From IMG/VR virus record IMGVR_UViG_3300023275_000046, positions 1 to 48,201 of that record: a stretch of DNA of 48,201 nt. One strand, given 5' to 3'. This document shows positions 9,931-18,964 of the stretch, one piece after another. The stretch comes from a virus (Duplodnaviria > Caudoviricetes). The position numbers and the translations under genes are program-made. Numbering within the stretch: position 1 is the stretch's first letter; every line of letters starts with the position of its first letter. Below the pieces are notes generated by a model. It was not told the DNA's origin and made no database searches. It worked only from the letters and a program-made list of their open reading frames with translations.

Positions 9931-10265
9931 CAGCCGTTCCTCGCGTAGCATTCGTAACCGACCACGACTGCGCCGGGACGAATCGGGGTGACCGGATCGA
10001 CGATCACGCGCGACTGCCCGTCGACGTCGTCGAAGCGATCGCCGGCCTGCATGTCGCTGGTCGATGGCGCCAAGAATTTGATGTCGCCGATTTCGAGCGC
10101 GGAGCCGTCCAGCACATGCTTGACGCGGCCCACTTCGAGTAGCTGGACATTCCGCGGCTGCACCACGCCGACGGCGGGGGTTCGAAAGATCGTGACCCTG
10201 CGGCCGTAGCGCGCGCATGCGCGGTCGACCGAGCCGCGAGCGCGGTCGTAGCTGAATTCGCTCAC
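9930..10265 (-). CDS. Putative head closure/head-tail joining protein
   Basis: GTG 10265 (GTGA overlap); MSEFSYDRARGSVDRACARYGRRVT...GD; synteny. Confidence 0.65.
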   Translation of the reverse strand: MSEFSYDRARGSVDRACARYGRRVTIFRTPAVGVVQPRNVQLLEVGRVKHVLDGSALEIGDIKFLAPSTSDMQAGDRFDDVDGQSRVIVDPVTPIRPGAVVVGYECYARNG

Positions 10266-10735
10266 GATGCACGCTCGATGCGCATGGACAGGCGGCCGCC
10301 GCCGGTCAACGATTCCAACAGAGCGTCCGCGGCGGCGTAGCGCGGCTGACCGCCGCGGCGGTCCACGGCGTACGTGGTCGAAATCGGGCCAACGGTTTCG
10401 CTGACGATGGCGGGGCCGGCCTGGTCGAGGTACAACGGGCCATCGAGGGCAGGGAGCGCCAATTCGCAAGACGCGCTGATGACCGCACGCACCGGCCAGG
10501 GACGCGTGCTGCGCGGCCATGCAAGCGCCTGGGTGTCGTTCAGCGGATCGCCGCGGAATCGGTACTGGGTGTCGATGTACTGCGCGGCACGGCGCAGCGC
10601 AGATTCCTTTGACGCGAGCGTCGCCGCCGCCCAGTTCGCGTTGCCGAACTGGGCGTGATACGCATCGGCGTCCGCCACGGAGACGTAAGCCTCCGCGTCG
10701 GACAAGCCGGTGCCATCTTCGACGACGAGCGGCAT
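10262..10735 (-). CDS. Head-tail adaptor, DnaT-like family
   Basis: LVVEDGTG..AEAYVSVADADAYH...QALAWPR...ETVGPISTTY signature. Confidence 0.85.
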   Translation of the reverse strand: MPLVVEDGTGLSDAEAYVSVADADAYHAQFGNANWAAATLASKESALRRAAQYIDTQYRFRGDPLNDTQALAWPRSTRPWPVRAVISASCELALPALDGPLYLDQAGPAIVSETVGPISTTYAVDRRGGQPRYAAADALLESLTGGGRLSMRIERAS

Positions 10736-10738
10736 CGC

Positions 10739-11002
10739 TTACTCGGCGCTGCCGTCGAGCAGCGCGGCGAGGTCTTCGCGCGAGGCCTTCGGATCGAAGG
10801 CGATGTCCTTCGCGCCGAGCGCCTTCTTGAGCTGCGCGACGGTCAGGCCCTCGGACGGCTTCGGACTCTCGCCATCGGGCGCCGTGACCTTCTTCGGCGC
10901 GCCTTCGGGGCGATACACCTCGTCGACGATCGTGTAGCCCTGCTCGCGCAGTTCTTTCTTGCGCTCCGGCGTGACCGGATGCTTTTCGTAAATGATCTTC
11001 AT
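10739..11002 (-). CDS. Small protein with C-terminal HeH/LEM-like domain
   Basis: LTVAQLKKALGAKDIAFDPKASREDLAALL; common immediately after major capsid genes. Confidence 0.7.
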   Translation of the reverse strand: MKIIYEKHPVTPERKKELREQGYTIVDEVYRPEGAPKKVTAPDGESPKPSEGLTVAQLKKALGAKDIAFDPKASREDLAALLDGSAE

Positions 11003-11045
11003 GGGATACCTCGTGCCAACATTGGATGGGGCGTGCGCGATAAGG

Positions 11046-11068
11046 CGGGGCGGCTCTTGGCCGCCCCG
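11046..11068 (-). terminator. GC stem-loop after the major capsid gene (attenuator or stabiliser)
   Basis: CGGGGCGGC-TCTTG-GCCGCCCCG; weak U tract. Confidence 0.45.
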
Positions 11069-11080
11069 AAGCGATCGCCG

Positions 11081-12046
11081 TTACTTCGCCGGGTCGCCGA
11101 TCAGGACAACGCCCGCGGTGTTCTTGATGTCGGTCGCGGTCTTGTCCCAGTTCGTGCCGGTGCCGAGGGCCGCGTTGGACGGCGACTTGCCGCCGTTGGC
11201 TTCGTCCCAGGTGTAGCCCTTGAGGCCCAGGCCGAACGTGTAATCGACCTGCATCGTCGTTTCGATGCGGGTCTGACCGTTGACGGTCTGCACGTTGGAA
11301 ATCACGTCCCCGGCGTCGTGCACGAGTGCGGCACCCTCGGCGAGGCCGAGCACGTAGTCCTTGTTCGGAGTGCCGGTCACAAACAGGGCTGGCGCATCGG
11401 TCACGATGATGGCCCGACCGAGGATGTCGACCACGCGGACGTTCTGCGCCGAGAACAGGCCGGCCGCGTTGGTGAGGTTCTGGCCGATCAGGCGATGGAA
11501 CACCGCGCCCGTCATCACGCTCGCGACGATATTGCCGCTGCGGTCGCCGAACTTGGCGTGAGCAGCGTTCATGCCCGCGTACGTGACGCCGGCGGTGGCC
11601 GACACGTCGTTGGTCGCGGTCGGCTGATTCGCGATCGCGGCGCGCAGAGCAAGGATCGCGGTGTTCAACTGATCCGCGAGCAGCGCCTCGGCGAAGTTGC
11701 GCGACGCAACCTCGATGCCTTCGGCAGTCGGCTTGTTGAGCCAGGTGAGCTGCGACGGCTCGAAGCGAATCGGACCGAAGCCGCCGGCAACCTTCACGCT
11801 CGACTGCTTGATCTGCGTCAGATCGGTTGCGGCAGCGGCACCCTGCGCGGCGTACCGATCGACGCGACGCTGCGCGCCATGAATCGCGGCGAAGAACGAT
11901 TCCTGCAGGAAGTCACCGGTAAAGCCTTCCGTGGTCAGACGGATCGCGCCATTGCTGGCCTGGTTGAACTTGTCGACCATCTGCGCCAGCGACTCGATCG
12001 TCGCCGGCATGATGAACTGATTGAAAACCTGCATCTGCGAGAGCAT
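11081..12046 (-). CDS. Major capsid protein
   Basis: 321 aa; ESLAQMVDKFNQASNGAIRL...GLKGYTWDEANGGKSP...NWDK..TDIKNTAGV; follows the scaffold gene. Confidence 0.9.
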   Translation of the reverse strand: MLSQMQVFNQFIMPATIESLAQMVDKFNQASNGAIRLTTEGFTGDFLQESFFAAIHGAQRRVDRYAAQGAAAATDLTQIKQSSVKVAGGFGPIRFEPSQLTWLNKPTAEGIEVASRNFAEALLADQLNTAILALRAAIANQPTATNDVSATAGVTYAGMNAAHAKFGDRSGNIVASVMTGAVFHRLIGQNLTNAAGLFSAQNVRVVDILGRAIIVTDAPALFVTGTPNKDYVLGLAEGAALVHDAGDVISNVQTVNGQTRIETTMQVDYTFGLGLKGYTWDEANGGKSPSNAALGTGTNWDKTATDIKNTAGVVLIGDPAK

Positions 12047-12078
12047 GGCGGGTACCTATATTGGAGCGCAGGCCGTGG

Positions 12079-12837
12079 TCAGGTCTGCTGCGCGAGTTCG
12101 GGGAATTTGGCTGCGATGGCGGCCGTGCGTTCTTCGCGCGTGCCACCGAAATTGCCGGTCTTCGTCGGGGTGCGTCCGCCCCCACCGCCGCCGCTCGGCG
12201 TGCCCGATCCGGGCGCGTTCGTCGGCTTGAGAATCGAGTCCTTGTGCGCGTAGCCGCCGACCAGCGTTTCGAGCGCTTCGTCGAAGGTGGCATTCGCGCC
12301 AGGGTTTGCCTTGCTGGTAATCACGTTGCCCGCGGCATCCACCGCGACGAGCTTTCCGCTCTCGACCTTGAAGTGCTTGCCGAACGTGGCTTGCACCATG
12401 TCGGTTGGAACGCCGAGCTTTTCGGCGATGTACTTCGATCGGGCAAAGTTGCCGCCGACGATTTCGCTGTGAAGTTGCTGCTGGACTTCGTCGGCGCGCT
12501 TCTTCTCCGCGTCTACCTTGTCCTGCCAAGCCTTGTTCGCGTCGGCGAGACGGCGATTGAATTCGTCCGCATCCTTCGACTTCGACGAGTCGTAGCCCTT
12601 GACGGTTTCGATGGCCTTGAGTGCTGCAGCGGGGTCCTCGATCCCTTCGAACGCTTTCAGCTTTGTTTCCGCAGCTTCCGCGCGCTCGCGGTTCGTCTTC
12701 GCCTCGGCGTTGCGGGCCTTGATCGTAGCGACCGTCGCAGCAGCATCGAATGCCACTTCCGAACCATCGTCATGGATGTAGACCGGCTTGCCGTCCTGCA
12801 GTACCGCGTTGCCCTTGTCGTCAAGTTTCAGCTTCAC
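12079..12837 (-). CDS. Capsid scaffolding protein (DUF6651-like)
   Basis: GTG 12837 with GAAGGTGG RBS; MKLKLDDKGNAVLQDGKPVYIHDDG..., coiled coil, Gly-rich tail. Confidence 0.8.
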   Translation of the reverse strand: MKLKLDDKGNAVLQDGKPVYIHDDGSEVAFDAAATVATIKARNAEAKTNRERAEAAETKLKAFEGIEDPAAALKAIETVKGYDSSKSKDADEFNRRLADANKAWQDKVDAEKKRADEVQQQLHSEIVGGNFARSKYIAEKLGVPTDMVQATFGKHFKVESGKLVAVDAAGNVITSKANPGANATFDEALETLVGGYAHKDSILKPTNAPGSGTPSGGGGGGRTPTKTGNFGGTREERTAAIAAKFPELAQQT

Positions 12838-13109
12838 GTTTCCACCTTCGGCATCCGCCGTTATTCGTTGGTCATCCGACCGGGAGCGCAGCGCGGCATC
12901 AGCGTTGCTGCAGTGGTGCGGATGGTTCAGCGGGGTGGTGTTGACTTGGAACGGGCGCGGGTCAACAGCGCCTAAAGGGGGCAGGGCGGCGGGGTATTCG
13001 GGCGTGGCCGTGGCCGCCGAAAATTTACATTCCAAGGAACTGAAAAAGGTTGACGGAGGCGCTGGCAAGCCCTACATAAAAAGACCGCAGTGGACCCACT
13101 GAGGTGTCT

Positions 13110-13304
13110 ATGCCTGACAGAAACAACGTAGCAGTTCACGTCTACGTCGACCGGAAGAAACACCAGTCCTTCGACGCGTAGCCTACCGTGCCGAGGATCG
13201 GCGAGCAGATCTGGGTGGACATCGATGCGGGCGGCCGACTGCTGCTCGACATCATCGGCTTGAGCTGGAATCCGAGCCCGGTCGGCGTGATCGTCGACCT
13301 GTGA
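13110..13304 (+). pseudogene. Small ORF interrupted by in-frame TAG (13179-13181)
   Basis: GAGGTG RBS; MPDRNNVAVHVYVDRKKHQSFDA*PTVPRIGEQIWVDID...VIVDL*. Confidence 0.5.
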
Positions 13305-13456
13305 TGCACACCATCGAAGCCGCAGCTACCGCGACTGCATACGCTCGCAAGTTAGAGCTGCACTACAAGGACCAGCATCGCGTGTATATCGAAGGCGAGT
13401 TTGCGGGCTACCTCGACAGGTTCTACCCGAAGATGGGCGGCTGTTCGCAGTGGTAG
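13304..13456 (+). CDS. Possible 50-aa hypothetical protein
   Basis: TGATG coupling to the preceding ORF; MHTIEAAATATAYARKLELHYKDQHRVYIEGEFAGYLDRFYP. Confidence 0.35.
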   Translation: MHTIEAAATATAYARKLELHYKDQHRVYIEGEFAGYLDRFYPKMGGCSQW

Positions 13457-13644
13457 TGCGGGCATGACTCTTGCGGTCCCCGAACGGGAAATACTCGTCC
13501 TGTGGCGCACGAGCCGCCCAGTGGCGCGCGGTGTCTTAACACTGGTTTACAATTGCTTGCAATGGTGAAGGAACGCGCCGTCATACGGCTGTCGTAGAGT
13601 CCAGCTGCGCCAACAGGGCGCTTGCCTAAGCAGGGGTTTCAAGC

Positions 13645-14481
13645 ATGCGGAACCGGATGAAATGGATTTTGGCGGCGGTAGGACTCGTTGGGGCGCCATC
13701 AGCCTTCGCGGCAGTCGACTACACCATACGTGAGTGCAACGGGTGCACTGCGGTAGGAGCTGCCGCGACTGCGGCCCAATACGGGAGCGGACAACGGCTC
13801 GTCTACGACCTTCCCGGCAATCACTTCTACAAGTTCGATTGTGAGCCGGGCTTCGGCGGAACGACTACGTGTACGAGCATTGGTCCGCCGGCCGCCACAC
13901 AGACTGACTTCAACAACTATCGTCTAGCTTGGTTGAACAACGGGCAGTCCGAGACCTTCCATGCCGCGATCAATGTGTCGATCCCTAGCCAGGGAATCCC
14001 AGGTGCGAACGGGCTGCCGATCGACAATGGCAAAATCAATGCGTTTGGAACCATCACCAACAGCAACTACCAATATCAGGTTGATCAATACCTACAGCAG
14101 GAAATTGGAACGGACTTCACTTTCTTCCACATGCCCAACCCAGGTGTGACGAAAGACTTCGAACACGAGACAATGATCGCGGTCGTCACGTTCGACGACG
14201 GAAGCACGCGGACGTTCTTGTTTAACAAGAACGACCTGAGCCCGGCGTTCAATCCAGTGCCGGGCACGGCGAAGGACTCTGCTCATAATGCGCTGCCCGA
14301 CAATATCGGTAGCGTCCCGAGCGGCTTCCATCAGTACAATTTCACAACCGATCCGCACGGCTATGACCGGACCAATATCTACCTGTGGCTGACTCCGACG
14401 GTTACGCCGCCGCCCGATGCGGGCAACTGCCAATCCGAGACCTTCGACGGTGAATCGGTGAACTGTATCCACCCGTTCTAA
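13645..14481 (+). CDS. Secreted Cys-containing hypothetical protein (moron)
   Basis: Sec signal peptide ending AFA|A; CNGC and further Cys pairs; opposite strand to the late genes; followed by its own terminator. Confidence 0.8.
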   Translation: MRNRMKWILAAVGLVGAPSAFAAVDYTIRECNGCTAVGAAATAAQYGSGQRLVYDLPGNHFYKFDCEPGFGGTTTCTSIGPPAATQTDFNNYRLAWLNNGQSETFHAAINVSIPSQGIPGANGLPIDNGKINAFGTITNSNYQYQVDQYLQQEIGTDFTFFHMPNPGVTKDFEHETMIAVVTFDDGSTRTFLFNKNDLSPAFNPVPGTAKDSAHNALPDNIGSVPSGFHQYNFTTDPHGYDRTNIYLWLTPTVTPPPDAGNCQSETFDGESVNCIHPF

Positions 14482-14489
14482 TGGACCAC

Positions 14490-14520
14490 AGCCACGCCCC
14501 CGCAAGGGGCGTGGCTATTT
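14490..14520 (+). terminator. Rho-independent terminator
   Basis: AGCCACGCCCC-CGCAA-GGGGCGTGGCT followed by ATTT. Confidence 0.7.
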
Positions 14521-14533
14521 CAAGGACATCAAC

Positions 14534-14854
14534 GTGGCATCTGCACCGAAGGAAGCAATGCCATGGCTAGCGTTCTGGCGCTGGAACGTCGGCTTCGTGC
14601 TCGTTGCGCTTGTCGTGAACGGCAACTGGTTCGCGCATCAGAACAATCACCTGCCGCTCTTCGGCGTTCTCTTCCTCGTGCTTTGGGTGCCCTTGTTGGC
14701 CGCTGCCGCTCTTACGGGATTGATGACGCTGTTTTTCACGCCCCAGCCGCTGAGCCGCTGGCGCAACATCTTCGTGCCAGTGTTCGGTGTGGCGGTCGCC
14801 GCGGGCTGCATCTTCGGGTGGGTGCTGGCGCTGCGCGGCTTGGTCTTCATGTAG
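14534..14854 (+). CDS. Small integral membrane protein (about 3 TM)
   Basis: AAGGA RBS, GTG start, three hydrophobic segments. Confidence 0.7.
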   Translation: MASAPKEAMPWLAFWRWNVGFVLVALVVNGNWFAHQNNHLPLFGVLFLVLWVPLLAAAALTGLMTLFFTPQPLSRWRNIFVPVFGVAVAAGCIFGWVLALRGLVFM

Positions 14855-14988
14855 TGAGCCGGCCGCGCGAATGGCCAATTTCTACACGCTAGGATCGGAT
14901 ATCGGAAACGTTCAGGCGTGAGGAAAAGTTAGTGCGCGGGAGGGTGACATCGTATCCGCGTAGTCTTATTTCAGATCGAGCCCAAGCC

Positions 14989-15483
14989 ATGTCTACACTA
15001 ATCACGAAGTCGTTTCGGCACTCCGCCGCGTTTGGAAAACGAATCGAATACTGGATCATCGGCAACATGTTGAAAGAGGGCTTGGACGTATACATTCCTC
15101 TCGTTGACGATGACGCCGTAGACGCTATCGTGAAGCGAGCTGACGGTACTACTGCGCTCATCCAAATCAAAGCGCGCTCCAAGTACGTAGTTTTTGGCGA
15201 TGCAGGGCTCTTTGCCGCTATTCCGCACGAGGAAGTCAGAGCGGACTACTGGTTCGTCTTCTATTCGGAACGCATGAGCGCGACGTGGATACTGACGTCC
15301 GGCGAGTTCTATCGCGAAGCCGTGAAGAACAAGACGGGGAAGAATGTTGGTCTGCGATCGATATGGTTTAACGGAAGGCGCAAGAACAAAGAAAGCGGTG
15401 AAACAGAAGAGTACTGTAAGCCGCAGTGGGAAAAGTATCTCGCCAAAGATTTTCAGCGCATTTCACAAACCACAGCGCGATAA
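14989..15483 (+). CDS. Stand-alone PD-(D/E)xK restriction-endonuclease-like protein
   Basis: GKRIEY...DVYIPLVDDDAVDAIV...IQIKAR (E...D...QxK pattern); AT-richer than the backbone. Confidence 0.75.
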   Translation: MSTLITKSFRHSAAFGKRIEYWIIGNMLKEGLDVYIPLVDDDAVDAIVKRADGTTALIQIKARSKYVVFGDAGLFAAIPHEEVRADYWFVFYSERMSATWILTSGEFYREAVKNKTGKNVGLRSIWFNGRRKNKESGETEEYCKPQWEKYLAKDFQRISQTTAR

Positions 15484-15560
15484 ACAAAGGACCATCACCG
15501 TGAGTCAGACGACTCGTGCGCGCTGACTAGTCATTATATTCCCCACATTGCTACCGCGAG

Positions 15561-15780
15561 TCCCGACCCCGACACCGCGAAGCACAACCCGCCGGGTTTA
15601 CCTGCGCGAACTGCTCGCCCAAGCTGGGATTTCGCAGCAAGCCGCTGCGCGCGCGATCGGCGTTTCACCACGCGTGATGCGTTACCACCTCGCCGATCAG
15701 GTCGGGGACTATCGCGAGGCGCCGTACCCGGTACAGTACGCACTCGAACAGCTAGCTAGGGCAGATAGGAGTTGGGCTGA
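15561..15780 (+). pseudogene. Degenerate Xre-type HTH protein
   Basis: YLRELLAQAGISQQAAARAIGVSPRVMRYHL...APYPVQYALEQLA; the expected N-terminus (PDTAKHNP) is in another frame and there is no good start. Confidence 0.55.
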
Positions 15781-15790
15781 TCCATCAGGA

Positions 15791-15800
15791 GGGGGGGGGG
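15791..15800 (+). repeat. G10 homopolymer at the RBS of the downstream gene
   Basis: CAGGA-GGGGGGGGGG-CA-ATG. Confidence 0.9.
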
Positions 15801-15802
15801 CA

Positions 15803-16249
15803 ATGAAAGCACGCTACATCCTCGCGCTTGCAATGCTGCTCACTGCGTCGGCGCACGCGACCGAGCCGACCAAGCTTGCGCAGCTATTCGGCTCCATCGT
15901 TCAAACGTGGACCGGTTGCACGAACGTGGTCGATCAGCTGACGCCAGGATTCTCTGACGCGTCTTCGCTGTCGGTCTCTGGCTGCTCCGATCACTTCGTG
16001 CACGTCAAGGAGCTCTCTGATTCGTGGATCGTGGTCGCCGGCAATACCGATGGTACGTCCGCACTGCCCGATGGATCGGTCGCGCCGAGCTGCGCGTTTA
16101 TCTCGCGTGACGCCATGGACCAAGGGCAGGCCATCGTGATCGAATACCCCGCGCCGGAGGTGCTCGGGAATGGGCTAACGCAGTTCGTGGGGAGCCTCGA
16201 TTTTGACCGGCAGGACATTGGTTATTCGACATCAGGGAAATTACAATGA
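15803..16249 (+). CDS. Secreted hypothetical protein (148 aa)
   Basis: MKARYILALAMLLTASAHA signal peptide. Confidence 0.65.
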   Translation: MKARYILALAMLLTASAHATEPTKLAQLFGSIVQTWTGCTNVVDQLTPGFSDASSLSVSGCSDHFVHVKELSDSWIVVAGNTDGTSALPDGSVAPSCAFISRDAMDQGQAIVIEYPAPEVLGNGLTQFVGSLDFDRQDIGYSTSGKLQ

Positions 16250-16261
16250 GAAATAGCAGCC

Positions 16262-17971
16262 ATGTCGAGGAATAAGAAGAAAGGTCCGTCCTATGGGCTT
16301 GAAGGGATGACAACGTCAACGCCCGGACGCAATGTTTTATATTACGGAGATAATATATCTGTAATGAAATATATGCCAAAAGATTGCGTTGACCTAATTT
16401 ATCTTGATCCTCCATTCAAGTCTAATGCAAACTACAATCTACTCTATAAAGGTATGACCGGCAAACCAGTGCCGGAACAAGCAGAAGCCTTTTTCGATAC
16501 ATGGGAACTTGATGCGGCTAAGTTGGAGGTCGCCAGGACAATGCCTGTCCTAATGCGGCAGCACGGCGTAGATGATACGTATGTAAATTTTTGGAAGATC
16601 TGGATGGAGGCTTTGAAAAACTCGCAGCCAGAATTGTTAGCTTATCTTATTTATATGGTTCAAAGGCTGCTATACATGAAAACGATCCTACGTCCGACGG
16701 GGTCTATTTTCCTGCACTGCGATCAAACGGCTAGCCACTACATCAAGGTGATGATGGACGGCATCTTTGGTCATGATAATTTCCGTAACGAGATAGTTTG
16801 GAAACGTCAAAGTGCTCACAGTGACGCGCGCAGTAAGTTTTCTGCTGTGTCGGATGCGATATTGTTTTACGCAGCTAGCAAGCACGCGAAGTTCTTTCCG
16901 CAGTACGTGGATCATGACCCCGATTACGTGGACAAGTTTTATAGATTCGATGATAACGACGGCCGGGGACGATACAGATTAGGGGACATGTCAGCTCCCA
17001 AGGGTGGCGGAATGGCCGCAATTAATAGGAACACCGGGCTTCCTAATGGATGGCATGTGTATAAAGGCTTCGAACCGCCTGCGACGGGTTGGCGGTATAG
17101 CCCTGAGACTCTTGCGAGGCTTGATTCAGAGGGGCGAATCTATTTTCCCAGGCACAAGGATGGACAACTTGACACATCGCGCCGGCTCGCGTTGAAGAGA
17201 TATCTCGATGAGCAGAAGGGCTCGATTGTAACGAACGTCTGGACTGACATTTCACCGGTGCAAGGCGGAGAGTCGCTGGGTTATCCGACACAAAAGCCGG
17301 TAAGTCTGCTGGAAAGGATTATTGCTTCAACGACAGAGCCCGGAGATATCGTTTTCGATCCTTTTTGCGGCTGTGGCACAACGGTTTATGCCGCTTCCAA
17401 ATTGAATCGCAAATGGATTGGCTGCGACATCGCTATTTTGGCGATAAAGCTGGTTCGGGAAGTTCTATCTGAGAAATATCGACTGGTCGAAGGTAACGAC
17501 TTTGATGTCGATGGGATTCCAGTAAGTGTGGAACAGGCTGAGGAATTATTCAATAGCGACCCGTTCCAGTTTCAGCATTGGCTGGTTGAGAGGGTCGGGG
17601 GTCTGCCGATGCAAAAAAAAGTAGCCGATCGTGGTATTGATGGTCGCCTTTATTTCGAAGTTAATAAAAATCTGGAGGAGATGGTCCTATCGGTAAAGGG
17701 TGGCAAACTTCGACCTACCGATGTTCGCGATCTTCGCGGGGTAATAGAAAGAGAGAAGAGCGCGATGGGTGGATTTTTGAGCCTTAGCGAACCGTCAAAG
17801 GCCATGCGACTTGAAGCGGCTGAAGCGGGTATGTACGAGTGCAATGGTGTTAAATATCCCAGACTGCAGCTTTTGACCGTTCGCGACGTTCTTGAAGGGA
17901 AAAAATCGCTTTTGACCCCCACTAAGTTAAATACGCGAATAAGTTCTGGTCAGCAGTCATTGGCGTTGTAG
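16262..17971 (+). CDS. N6A/N4C DNA methyltransferase (beta class, Mod-like) fused to a C-terminal Mrr-like nuclease domain
   Basis: DLIYLDPPF (motif IV), YPTQKP, DPFCGCGTT (motif I); C-terminal FQHW...DRGIDG...SVKGG...VRDLRG; markedly AT-rich. Confidence 0.88.
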   Translation: MSRNKKKGPSYGLEGMTTSTPGRNVLYYGDNISVMKYMPKDCVDLIYLDPPFKSNANYNLLYKGMTGKPVPEQAEAFFDTWELDAAKLEVARTMPVLMRQHGVDDTYVNFWKIWMEALKNSQPELLAYLIYMVQRLLYMKTILRPTGSIFLHCDQTASHYIKVMMDGIFGHDNFRNEIVWKRQSAHSDARSKFSAVSDAILFYAASKHAKFFPQYVDHDPDYVDKFYRFDDNDGRGRYRLGDMSAPKGGGMAAINRNTGLPNGWHVYKGFEPPATGWRYSPETLARLDSEGRIYFPRHKDGQLDTSRRLALKRYLDEQKGSIVTNVWTDISPVQGGESLGYPTQKPVSLLERIIASTTEPGDIVFDPFCGCGTTVYAASKLNRKWIGCDIAILAIKLVREVLSEKYRLVEGNDFDVDGIPVSVEQAEELFNSDPFQFQHWLVERVGGLPMQKKVADRGIDGRLYFEVNKNLEEMVLSVKGGKLRPTDVRDLRGVIEREKSAMGGFLSLSEPSKAMRLEAAEAGMYECNGVKYPRLQLLTVRDVLEGKKSLLTPTKLNTRISSGQQSLAL

Positions 17972-17976
17972 GCGAG

Positions 17977-18963
17977 CTACAACTTCGCCGTTTTTAACTC
18001 TTCTAGCGTGAGTTCCTGTCCACGCTGGCCGATCAGGTCGGCCAGCGTGATCTTGCCATCGCGATAGAGCTGCGCGCGGCGCGGGCCGAGCATGTCGTCC
18101 TGCTCGTCTTCGCTGTGCTTCGACAGCCATCGCGCGAAGTTGTCCTTTTCCTTGCCGCCATCCTCCGGCGGGCCATCTGGAAACTTCATGGGCAGCAGGA
18201 TCGAGCGGCAGTTCCAGTGACGCGGCGGCGGGCGATCCAGCACGACGGTGTGGCCGATCGGTTCAAGGTCGAGCGTGTAGAGCTTGCCGGCGCGCACGGC
18301 GCAGCCGATCGTCGTCTTGCTGTCGAGAATCGCGAAGAACTTGAGCGCATTGACACCGGAGGCCCTAAACGTGGCTAGGCGGCCCGCGTAGGCTGCGGTG
18401 TCCACTGCGGTACCGGTCAGCGCCTTCGCCTGCGCCTGCGCGGATTCCATGAGGCCGCCGGCCATGTTCGGCCCTGTGCCGAGCACCGTCGACGCTACCG
18501 TTTCGGCAGTTGGTGAGTTGGCGGCCGTTGCGACCTCACTCGACAGCTTCCACAGCAAGGCCTCGCCTTGGTGTGCCCACTGCTCGGCGAGAGGGCGGCC
18601 CTGCACCAGCAACCGATTGAGCGCGCTCTCGATCGCCGTGCGTGACGGCGCCGTGGCCGCATTGCCGGCGGCCTGGGCAAACTCTGATTCGACGGTGAGC
18701 AGATCGGCCAAGGCTTTCTGCTGCGCCTGCGCAATCGACGTGTAGGTGTCCGTAATGGCGGCCTCTGCGTCACGCAGGAGTGCCGCGAGAGCGCGCGCGC
18801 CGATTTCGGACAGGCCGGCGCCGCGCAGCAGCTTGCTCAGCGCCGCCGCCAGCTCCGCGAGTTCAACGTCCACTTCCTCGGTCAGCCCGTTCGCGTAGCG
18901 GATCAGCAGCAGGGCGCGGCGCGTGTACCGATCCGCGACCTCGACGTCGGTCGGATCAGCCAT
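17977..18963 (-). CDS. Head morphogenesis protein (SPP1 gp7/Mu F-like)
   Basis: AILDSKTTIGC...PPPRHWNCRS...LGPRRAQLYRDGKITL; ATG 18963 with GGCGG RBS. Confidence 0.88.
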   Translation of the reverse strand: MADPTDVEVADRYTRRALLLIRYANGLTEEVDVELAELAAALSKLLRGAGLSEIGARALAALLRDAEAAITDTYTSIAQAQQKALADLLTVESEFAQAAGNAATAPSRTAIESALNRLLVQGRPLAEQWAHQGEALLWKLSSEVATAANSPTAETVASTVLGTGPNMAGGLMESAQAQAKALTGTAVDTAAYAGRLATFRASGVNALKFFAILDSKTTIGCAVRAGKLYTLDLEPIGHTVVLDRPPPRHWNCRSILLPMKFPDGPPEDGGKEKDNFARWLSKHSEDEQDDMLGPRRAQLYRDGKITLADLIGQRGQELTLEELKTAKL

Positions 18964-18964
18964 G

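Noticed and set aside
12838-13068. 77-aa N-terminal extension of the scaffold in the ORF track
   Set aside because: The family-like sequence and RBS begin at GTG 12837; the upstream region looks like leader RNA
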